DNA of 63,241 nt, counting the filler, from Kipferlia bialata (lineage: Eukaryota), in assembly GCA_003568945.1 (NCBI GenBank). It is 7 parts of 7 records of this genome, joined end to end, with 100 filler letters (N's around TTAATTAATTAA, not from the genome) between each part and the next. Parts side by side here need not be neighbours in the genome. Positions count along the whole stretch, not along the records: positions 32,242 to 42,879 come from BDIP01001388.1; positions 42,980 to 53,616 come from BDIP01001389.1; 5 more parts are not named here. One strand, written 5' to 3'. Below, piece by piece: positions 40,722-50,394 of this stretch (its first letter is position 1; the number at the start of each line of letters is the position of its first letter). The notes under the pieces were generated by a model, which did not search any database, had not been told where the DNA came from, and saw only the letters and a list, made by a program, of their open reading frames with translations. The position numbers and the translations under genes are program-made.

Positions 40722-41437
40722 TCATGTATACTATATAGTATATAGTACCTGATAGTTATGTCCTAATCTACGTGTGTCACTCTCCCTCTCCCATAATACA
40801 ACCATGGCTGAGGCACCAACAAAGGTGCGCTTGGCAGGTACACAGAGAACCTAAAAGTAAGGGCAGATACATATAATGTATAGAGAGAGAGAGAGAGAGG
40901 CAGAGGTCCGCTTGGCTGGCACACACAGGACCTTGGGGTAAAGAGAAGAGAAAGAGAGAGAAAGAGAGAGAGAGAGAGAGAGTGGTAGAGGCCCCGACGA
41001 CGGTACGCTTGGCAGGAAAGAACACATAAGACCATAAGGTTTGTGTGTATGTATATACAGATTCATATATGTATGAAGAGAGAGAGGGCGAGAAAGAGAG
41101 AGAAAGGTGTGCTTGATAGGGACACAATTCACCTAAACCCGAAACACTACATACACCATAGTCCATAGTATGTAGATATCATAAGTATACCTTGATAGTG
41201 TGTCTGCCCTGTGATATGGCCACTGGTATATAAGGTATTACTATTAAATATACACACTATATACAAGTACATCTAAAGTAATGTACAATACCTTGATTGT
41301 ATGTCTGCTCTGCGATATGGCCACTGGGGTTTATGAGCAGACACACACCANNNNNNNNNNNNNNNNNNNNNNNNNNNNNNNNNNNNNNNNNNNNNNNNNN
41401 NNNNNNNNNNNNNNNNNNNNNNNNNNNNNNNNNNNNN

Positions 41438-41471
<34 letters not shown>

Positions 41472-42060
41472 TCACCTTAATTGTATGTCTGCCCTGGGAT
41501 ATGGCCACTGGGGTGATGGGCTGGTGCAACCTGGGGGGTGAGGGATAGAGGGTATAAACAGGGACAGAGATAGACACGTTCAAACTAGGAGTGACCAAAT
41601 AGAAAAGACATAAAGAATAGCTACATAATTGTTGTGGGCTGATGCTTCCTGGGGTGTGAGATATATATACATTCCAAAAAATGAGATAGAGAGAGAGGTC
41701 ATATTCTAAGACCATATCTACCCAAGATGTTCCTCTTTATAGTGATATTTGGAGTAGAGAGTAATAGAGTAATATAGTGTAAACATATTGTACTGCATGT
41801 TCTATTAATATTGAGTATAACTGAACACTGGGGCAGCCTTGAGGTTCCCGTGTCTAATATATATATACATATTGTATATAGAATATATAGTATATATATA
41901 CATAAGTATGGTAGTATACTGCATACACACTAGGAATTAATGCTATATATAGTAAAAATACTATACCTGAACACTGGGGCAGCCTTGAGGTACCCGTGTC
42001 TCCCACCCATGTACTGCACTGCAAACTCAGGGATGACAACATCTCTTAGAGTTAGTATGA

Positions 42061-42097
<37 letters not shown>

Positions 42098-42149
42098 ATG
42101 TACTGTACTGCGAACTCAGGGATGACAACATCCCTAATGATAAGTAGGA

Positions 42150-42183
<34 letters not shown>

Positions 42184-42627
42184 AGAGAGAGACTATGTAC
42201 TGTACAGCAAACTCAGGTATCACTACATCTCTAGGGTAAGAGGTATTATATAGATTAGGAGGGGGAGAGAGAGAAAGAGAGGGATAATTCTGGGTACTGC
42301 ACAGCAAACTCAGGGATCAATACAACTCTAGAATAAGATATACGGATTTGGAGAAGAGAGTATAATGCTTCACTACATACAAATGTACCATTACATATAT
42401 ACATGTATATACGTATATACATATATATATACCTGTTAATATCCAGGTTTGGGCATGCCCTCTTGACCAGGGCGGCATCAGAGTACAGTACAAAGGCAGC
42501 ACCCTCCTCAGTCTGACAATAAGGGTGTAGAGGGAGAGGGAGGGAGAGACAGTGAGAGAGAGAGAGATAGAGAGAGATGGGTACAGAACAAAGGCAGCAC
42601 CCTCCTCAGTCTGACAATAAGGGTGTA

Positions 42628-42663
<36 letters not shown>

Positions 42664-42868
42664 CTCTGTGTCAAAGTCCATGTCCATCATGGAGTCTGTG
42701 GTACAGTGATAGAGTATAGAGTATAAATGATGCACTTTTTACTCATATATTTAGTATATAATAATAATACACTTGTATGTATATAATTGTGTATCAATAC
42801 CTCTGTGTCAAAGTCCACGTCCATCATGGAGTCTGTGGCATGGGAGCCAAGGGGGGCAGAGGGGATCT
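33630..42868 (-). CDS. SNM1/PSO2/Apollo (DCLRE1)-like metallo-beta-lactamase/beta-CASP protein with degenerate catalytic motifs, 5' partial
   Basis: Spliced exons in the expected order: SHATDS (HxHxDH position), AFVLYSDAALVK, IK|VLCVPAKRTFVGASAMVVLWE (ANHCPG position), NTLVLDCVYFGGSRREFPARDTVLTAAVAFAR (LYLDTTY..FP.Q..V) and VCILPWSAAPTPLEIQGIVAALK|PGRAIP (IPYSEHSS..EL..FV..L.P..IIP). The family call is by motif spacing only. Confidence 0.62.
37427..37940 (-). repeat. Array of 5' fragments of the exon AFDWCELRRGRHLHQS
   Basis: Plus-strand 'gagttcacaccagtcaaaggctgggggtcag' at ~37457, ~37591 and ~37694; variants at ~37803 and ~37927. Confidence 0.88.
38450..39412 (-). repeat. Nine-unit exon-fragment array (3 x 5' fragment, full exon, 5 x 3' fragment) of EAFLSAPQGTPHPPHLSCAVYGGCEAALSGVLR
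   Basis: Full exon ~39037-39138; 5' fragments ~39198, ~39285, ~39373; 3' fragments ~38904, ~38797, ~38689, ~38571, ~38450. Confidence 0.95.
40470..41135 (-). repeat. Exon-fragment array of the exon VLCVPAKRTFVGASAMVVLWERESDTRRLGHNYQ
   Basis: Full exon ~40749-40850; 3' fragments ~40594 and ~40471; 5' fragments ~40900, ~41000 and ~41105. Confidence 0.9.
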
Positions 42869-42879
42869 AGGAGTTAGAT

Positions 42880-42979
42880 NNNNNNNNNNNNNNNNNNNNN
42901 NNNNNNNNNNNNNNNNNNNNNNNTTAATTAATTAANNNNNNNNNNNNNNNNNNNNNNNNNNNNNNNNNNNNNNNNNNNN
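42880..42979. other. Artificial contig linker
   Basis: N44-TTAATTAATTAA-N44. Confidence 0.99.
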
Positions 42980-42993
42980 GAGGGTTGAGAGGA

Positions 42994-43041
<48 letters not shown>

Positions 43042-43049
43042 AATGGGTG

Positions 43050-44329
43050 TCAGCCTGCAGAGTCTCTCCGACGCTCCATCTCCTGAGGGTTAGTCAAAAG
43101 GAGAGAGGGAGAGAGAGAGATGGATGACGCTGACTATGATGTATATACCATTCCCTATCACTATAAGTACACCCTCCCCCTACCTTCAGCCTCCCCGGGG
43201 GTATGTGCAGTGCAGGCAGGGGGGCAGCAGGGCCCGAGTTCCGCCTCCTTGGCACACTCTGGCTGCCTGTCCTGCTCCTACCCGTGTAGTCCCCCCCTCC
43301 CCTGTGCCCCGTGTCCATGGCATACCCCCTGGGTAGGGTGGCCACCCCACCTCTACCCATACCCACCAGGTCCCTGCCCGACCCAGACCGGGCACTACTC
43401 CGGGCACTGCCCCCTGTCCCAGGCCTCTCTCTCTCCCCCCTGGCAGAGGGAGGGGGGAGGGGGGGGAGTCTGCGTCGGGGGCCCTTGGCCTTGTTTAGGG
43501 CAGCACGCTGAGGGGTCAGAGGGGGGGGGAGATGATATACATATAAAACTGCATATAATACCAAAGAAACATTCATCCATGAGGAGACAGACCCACAATA
43601 ATATCCACAATATGGGAAGGAGAGAACAGTAATGTACACTAATATCGAATAGGGGAGAGGGGGAAATAAGCAGTGTAATCATCAAGCTCGGAGAATGAAT
43701 ATACAACCGATATACCCATATGTATACATATATATATACATGTATATGACTCCGTCTGATACCTGCCCCATGAGCTGCGTGGCGTGCCACATCCCAAACA
43801 TGGCAAAGGGCTTCGGGGTGAAGTGCAGCTCGAAGGGGTCTCTGCACGGCTTGAGGTACCTGGCCGCAGTCACCCCCAGCTCCCCAGGCCCCACCTCCAT
43901 GGGCTCAGGCCTCTCCCTGTCCGCAAGACCCCCATCTGGAGCACCCTCAGACGCAGGGACAGGCGCCGCAACGTCCACAGCCTCCGTCAGGTCCTCTGCC
44001 AGCGCGGCGGCGTCTGGGGCGTCCGACCCCTTCTCCGACACCCCGTCGGGAAAGAAGTCCTGGTCCTGGTTGGACCCTGAGCCTGAGGGGTCAGACCCGG
44101 GCACAGCGCTAGCACCCCCGGGTCTGTGCACCAGAGTCGGGTCTACGTCATCCAGTAAACCCTCCCCCAACCTCAGCTCGTCCTGGAGGGTGGAGGGGGG
44201 CTGGATGTAGAGGTCCTCCTCCCTCAGCGGCAGCCATGGCATAGGCGCCACCTCAGAGTGCGCGGCATAGAACAGAGCAGCCTCTCGCTGCCGAAACCGC
44301 GTCAGAGCGGCCTGGTGATAGCGGTACAT
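43050..44329 (-). CDS. Hypothetical protein, 3 exons, complete; low-complexity acidic region then Arg/Gly/Pro-rich region
   Basis: ATG 44329 ...QLMGQ |gtatca..tgacccctcag| RAALNKAK...GRLK |gtaggg..taaccctcag| EMERRRDSAG* (TGA 43050-43052); all junctions phase 0; GC3-rich. Confidence 0.7.
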
Positions 44330-44544
44330 ATCGTATCCACCGTACCCTCACACACCACGCTCACAATCTCAATAGTATTCAAGAGAGTGCAAATATAGCT
44401 TGATTCTTGAAGGAACAAAAACGTTGATCTGGACCCCTATGTGACACAGCTTGATATTGCATTTTCTGCCCTCCATACTACATACACTGGAATACACGCG
44501 TGCTGCACTCCAGCGGACTGCTAGCGTAGCGTGCAGGTGGTGCG

Positions 44545-45049
44545 ATGTCCCGTGTGCAGCGCCTGTCTGGGACTGCTCGGCTGATCTACTCCACCGACGA
44601 CAGCGACGGGGATGAGGGTGACCTCGACCCGAGCACAGAGGCCAGTCTCCTGAGGGACATACTCACAGGACAGGAGGCAGAGACACTCGACCTCAAGTTC
44701 CGGCACATGGGCATGTCTGCTGTGGCCGCCCTGTGCCGGGCTGTGTCAGCCTCCACGACTCTGAGGAGCATCGACCTGTGGCAGTGCCAGCTAGGGGATG
44801 AGGGGTGCTCTGCCCTGGCCCGTGCCCTGCGTGGCAATGACACCCTGGTCTCTCTAGATCTGGGCAACAACGGCATAGGCGATAAGGGGTGCAGGGCCCT
44901 GGTGGAGTGCATGGACTCAGAGACAGCACCCTCCAGACTCACCACTCTCTGTCTCGCCAGGTAGGGACACGGTCCCTCTCTCTTAGTCTCTAGCAGTTCG
45001 TGCAGTGGTTTATATACTTCCTCCCTTATAGTCGCACCCTGTGTCCGTC

Positions 45050-45090
<41 letters not shown>

Positions 45091-46368
45091 TCTCTCTGCC
45101 TCAACCCTTACCCCCAGCAACACTTCTACAAGCCGTGTGACTACCCCACCATTCCTAACAAGTTGCGGCAGGTGTCCCCCCTCTTCTGGGCAGAGCTCCA
45201 CAGGTATATACGTCTCTCCTTAGCAGTATTCTGTAAACAGTGAATATGTGTTGTCTTTGTATTTGCAGTATCCCACTACTCTCTCTCTCACCATAGGATT
45301 GCCTGTGGCTATGGAGATGACCCTCTGGCTAGACAGGGTGCCTCCAAGAGTGTGGGTAGGGGTGGCAAGACTAGGCCTACCCCAACGCCAAAGAGGAAGG
45401 AGAGAGAGAGAGAGAAGGAGAGAGACAAGTCCCGAGGGAGGTCGATCCCTCTGCCGCGCCCCCACTTCTCCCTGTCCACCTCCCCACCCCCTGCCCTCCC
45501 TACCCCCTACCCCGCTGCCAAGAGGGGCGCACAGGAGGCAGAGAGGGAGAGAGAGAGAAAGGCTCAGACCATACGGGAGATGACCACCTCGCCTCTCCTC
45601 TCCTACCTCCCCCCCCCTCCTGGTGTCTCTCCCTTTGCCTCCCACATGGATGCCCTACCCCCCTCCGCTGGGGTGCCACCCCCTATTAGGCCAGTGCTAC
45701 CCCCCTTCCCAGGCTCCCACTCTCTCTCTCTCCCTCGGTCCGAGAGTGACAGGGACGGTGGCATCGAGAGGGAGAGGGATCGCAACTCTCTCTCTCTCGC
45801 CAATCAGTACCGCGCCTCCACACCCACCTTTGGGCAGGGGAGGCTGGAGGGGATGGGGTCCCTAGACCCTCTGGGCGCAGAGGGTGGGGACGGGTATGCG
45901 TATGGGTACAACCCCCACGACCTGATGTCCACCCCCCTCTGCCACACCCCCTTTGCAGGGTCCCCCGTTGACATGAACAGACTGGCCAGGGCGTCATCAC
46001 CCACCCCTACCAGTAGGGGCATAGATACGGGGGTCACCCTCCCCAGCGCATTCCCCTCCCATCCTATGGGAGGGTCCATAGAGCTAGACCTTGACCTCGA
46101 CCTTGGTATCAATGGGAGTAGTGTGCAGTGCTCGACATTTGAGGATATGGATATGTATGAGGGGGTGGGGGGGAGGGACCATAATGACCTGCCCCTGCCC
46201 AGTGGGTCTGGTGCCCAGGGTGTAGGCAGTGCCCTGGATGGGATGGAGCATGGCCAGGCAGTGGGTATAGGGGTCAGACCCAGCCAGGAGTCACCGGCTA
46301 AGGGGAAGGACCCTCTAGCCGCCCTGCTCGATATTCAGGTATATATATATAGTGTATCCCAAAGTGTA

Positions 46369-46405
<37 letters not shown>

Positions 46406-46516
46406 ATACACACTAATCCCCAGGTCTCAGTTATGGATGGCAGGGGCCATGCCAGGACCCAAGCCCAAGAGGCAGAGGATGAGTACGAGGCTAAGGTATG
46501 GGAGGGTATTGGTTAG
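44545..46516 (+). CDS. RNI-like leucine-rich repeat protein with a long disordered C-terminus
   Basis: Exon 1 has LRRs TLRSIDLWQCQLGDEGCSALARAL and TLVSLDLGNNGIGDKGCRAL. Later exons ~45118-45203, ~45297-46338 and ~46424-46516 (..VWEGIG*). There is a phase mismatch between exon 1 and the best frame of exon 2 (see findings). Confidence 0.75.
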
Positions 46517-46754
46517 TGTGCTAGTGAGATTGAGTGCCAGTCTCATCCTAGGAATGACCCCTTTCCTATGTACTCACGCCAACTCACCACGATGGTTAGG
46601 TGTTTTAGAGACACCACATGACTTATGCGGTGTTGCCAATAGAACCCCTCTGTTTCACTCCAAGTATCGTTTGACATGTTTGATTGCGCAAGCATCTATT
46701 AACTATATCTTCTCCACCTCTACACACATACTGTACTGCCAAGCGGCTCCTATC

Positions 46755-47128
46755 TTACACGAGCATCTTGGGGAGGCCTCTGAGCTTGATCATGGCAAAC
46801 CTGGGGTTAGCGTACTACTATAAAGACACAGTGTTGAATATCATGATCACACTAGAGGTGTCAACATCTCCCACACTGACAACTACATACTAATATGTGG
46901 AATACTGTACTGTACCTAATGGACTCGTAACCAGGTGACCTCTTGAAGGAGAACTGGGTGCACAGCTCATTGACACGCCTGACAGTAAGACAGATACAAT
47001 ATTGAATAGCTCTGGAAGACCAACGTCAGCTGCAACATATGTATGTGCAATGTTCCCACCTGTTGTCCCTGTTGGACAGTGCCGTGGCATAGTCATTCAG
47101 GAAGTCGAGGGCATCCTGGGGTGAGGAG

Positions 47129-47170
<42 letters not shown>

Positions 47171-48897
47171 AGATACCTGGGGGATGGCGCCTGAGTCCAG
47201 GTGGGTCATGAGGTCTCCGAGGGCCTTGGCGGTGTTGACGAAGAGGGGGGAGGCGCCTCTAGAGGGTGAGAAGGGGATAACATTGGTATAAATAATCATA
47301 TTCATAGTGTAAAAGATACCTTGGTCCCCTAGAGATGTGGTCACATGCATCGATGATGGTGGCCCTGACCCTCACAGCCACTGGCTCGGTGGAGGAGAAG
47401 GGCACGCCCTGCAGTCAGAAGAGGTGACAGAGACACATGGGTATACTACTATGACTGTATATATATCTAACCACAACACTCACATTGAGTGCCTCTATTG
47501 GAGATAGATACATACATGTATACATGTCAAACTATACATACATATACACACACATATATATATATATACTCACCTTGAGGGCCTCTATTGGGGACAGACT
47601 CTCATCATACGCTGGCTTGGGAGGGGGTGCCTTGACCACAGGGGCAGGGGCAGCCCTAGGGGCGTTGTTGAGGGGAGAGGGGCCTCCACTCAGAGGGGCC
47701 ACAGCTGGGGTGTACACACTCACCTGGCATAAGACCCCTCGGTCTGGTATATATATATGTATGACTATGTACTAATCATCGTACCTTAGGAGGTGGGGGC
47801 ACTCCGCTGCCATTGCTCCCTGCCATTGATATGCCGCTGGTCATGGGGGTCATGCCCTGGGTGGGCTGCAGGGGCTGCATGGCTCCCATGGCTAAGGTGA
47901 GAGAGGCGAGGGAAGAGAGTATGTGGACATATATATATATATATATACACAACATCTAGTACCTGCCCCGAGTGGGGGTGCCATGTTCATACTGAACACC
48001 TCAGGGGTGGGGGCAGGGGCAGCCTGGGCAGGCTGGGGCTTGGTGTTGTACATGTCCCTCTGGGGCTGGGGTGGCTGGACCGTGGCCTGGGGGGGAGGGG
48101 GGGCCTGACCGTAGGCAGACGTCATAGGGGGAGGGGCAGCAACGGTCTGGGGAGGGGGAGGTGCATGCACCTGGGGCTGTGTCTGTGTCTGGGGCATGGC
48201 AGGAGGTGCCATGGTGAGGGGGGCGGGGGAGAACACAGTCATGCCAGCTGGGACCATGGCTGGGGGGTCAGGTTGGCATCATATATGTATATGTATATAT
48301 AGTCCTTGCCCTATACTCCTACCTGGTCCAGTGCTGGTGCCCATGGGCTGCTGGGCAGGGGCCTCACGCCTCATCTGAGAGGGGGGAGGGGGGACCTGGC
48401 GGTGAGGTGTGAGGTGACGCATATTTAATAACACACTCTATACATGCACTCACCTGTGGGGGTGCCATGGTCATGGGGGGTGGCATGTAGCGAGAGGGCT
48501 GCATCACGTTGGGCTGAGGGGTGAGAGAGGACAAAGAACGAATAATTTTGATACATGTATTGTGAACAACACATACTCATAGATACCTGGCTTGGCTGCA
48601 TGGGTGTGGTGTGTGTGGATGCGCGCACTGGCTGTGTGTGGTAGCCACCCTGGGGCTGCCTCTGCACCTGGGGCTGGGCCATAGGCTGGGGGGCAGCCTT
48701 GGTCTGGCAGTGAGAGGGAGAGAGAGGAAAAAAAAGGGACAGTAAGGTACCGGTATATATATATATATATATGTGTGTGTGTATACCTGGGGCAGTGGGG
48801 ATGGTGCCTTGGTCTTGGGGATGGCTATGCCCCCCTGGGTCCAGTACCACTCGGCAAGGTCCTGCTCGCCCTGGGTTAGATATATAAATATATACAT

Positions 48898-48928
<31 letters not shown>

Positions 48929-50347
48929 CATATATAGAGAGAGTGTGTGAGGGAGAGGGAGGAAGTACCCAACACCAACCTGGCTGGCGAGGATGTCTCC
49001 GTATCCCCTGAGCAGCTCCTGGGCAGGGCCCTCCCTGGACAGGGTGTGTCTGGAGAGGACAGCCAGGGAGGTGACCAGCAGGGCAACGGTGTCAGTCATG
49101 GCCTGGGGTGAGTAGACATATATATAAACAGTAGGCGATGGGATATGCGCCATGATATATATGCGTACCTGGAGGCCTGTGGACTTTGTCTGGCTGTTCC
49201 AGAGGGTGACGGCAGAGTCGAGGTCTCCGATGATGAGGGCACACAGAATGAGGCCTGGGGGTAGGGAAGGAGACACACTCAGCACATACACTATATATAC
49301 ATATGTACTATAGCACCCACCTCTGGAGTACAGCCTGTCCTGTGTCTGTGTGTATGCCTTCTGCAGTCTCTCCATCACAGCCCTGACGTGTCCATCGAAG
49401 GAGGCCTCGTCACTGTAGGAGCAAACCGCAGCTAGCAGCTGGGTCCAGCCTGATAGATAAGATAAATACTCTAATCGAGAGAGAGATAGAGGACAGGGGG
49501 AGAGGAAGCAGGTGACCTAGCGCTACCTGCGATGGGGCTCTGTGCGAGGTATGTCTCGAGGGTGTCAGCACCCACGGAGCATACTAGAGAGAGGGCGGCG
49601 TGGTCGCCGGGCCTCTCCTCCTTCAGAGATGCCACATACAGGGTCCTGACGGCCTTGTAGGCAGCCTCGGAGTGGGAGGCAGAGAGCACGAGGGCAGTGG
49701 CATACTCGCCAGCATCCAGGCACTGCTGCACAGCGAGGGGGATGTTGCCACAGAGAACGGCAGTGCCTGGGGGTTAGGGTATAGGTGGAAGAGTGTATAG
49801 TACGTGTATATACATGTGATGCTTCGTACCGAGCTGTGATACTGGGGTAGGCTCGTCCATCTGCACTGTCTCCAGCACAGCATGCACAGCAGGGGAGGGG
49901 GTGGGGGTGGGCAGGTCGGGGGAGGGGGCACGCTCAGGCTCCTGGGGGGTTAGGAGGGAGATAGGTATATTGGATAGAAGCAGCACCACCCCACCTCCTC
50001 GACTGGCACCTCCTCCTCATCGAAGAACCCAGCACCGTCATCCTCTGGAGTCAGAGGGAGAGAGAGAGAGATAGAAAGAGAGAGAGAGAGGAGATATGTA
50101 CTCACCCATTCCCATGTCTCCCATGTCCATTCCCATGTTGTCAAAGGCAGCTCCGTCACTGAGCTCCTCCTCCTCCTCCACCTGTCTCTCCCTCTCTGCC
50201 ATACCCCCTGTGGGTCTGACTGGGGACTTGGCCTCAGCCTCAATCTCTACCTCCTCCTCCTCTGCCTCTGGCTCCTGTCCGTCCCTCATGAAGGCGAAGG
50301 AGGACACGTCCTGGTCCTAGGGGTGAGAGGCAGGTATGCACATACAC

Positions 50348-50394
<47 letters not shown>

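Noticed and set aside
597..42735. Many short ORFs rich in YI, CV, LS or ER repeats
   Set aside because: Translations of (TA)n, (TG)n, (CT)n and (GA)n intron tracts, or antisense frames of real exons.
49768..49780. Telomere-like GGGTTAGGG motifs (also ~51760 and ~12100)
   Set aside because: Isolated reverse complements of the branch point/acceptor motif CTAACCCC(C)AG; not tandem arrays.
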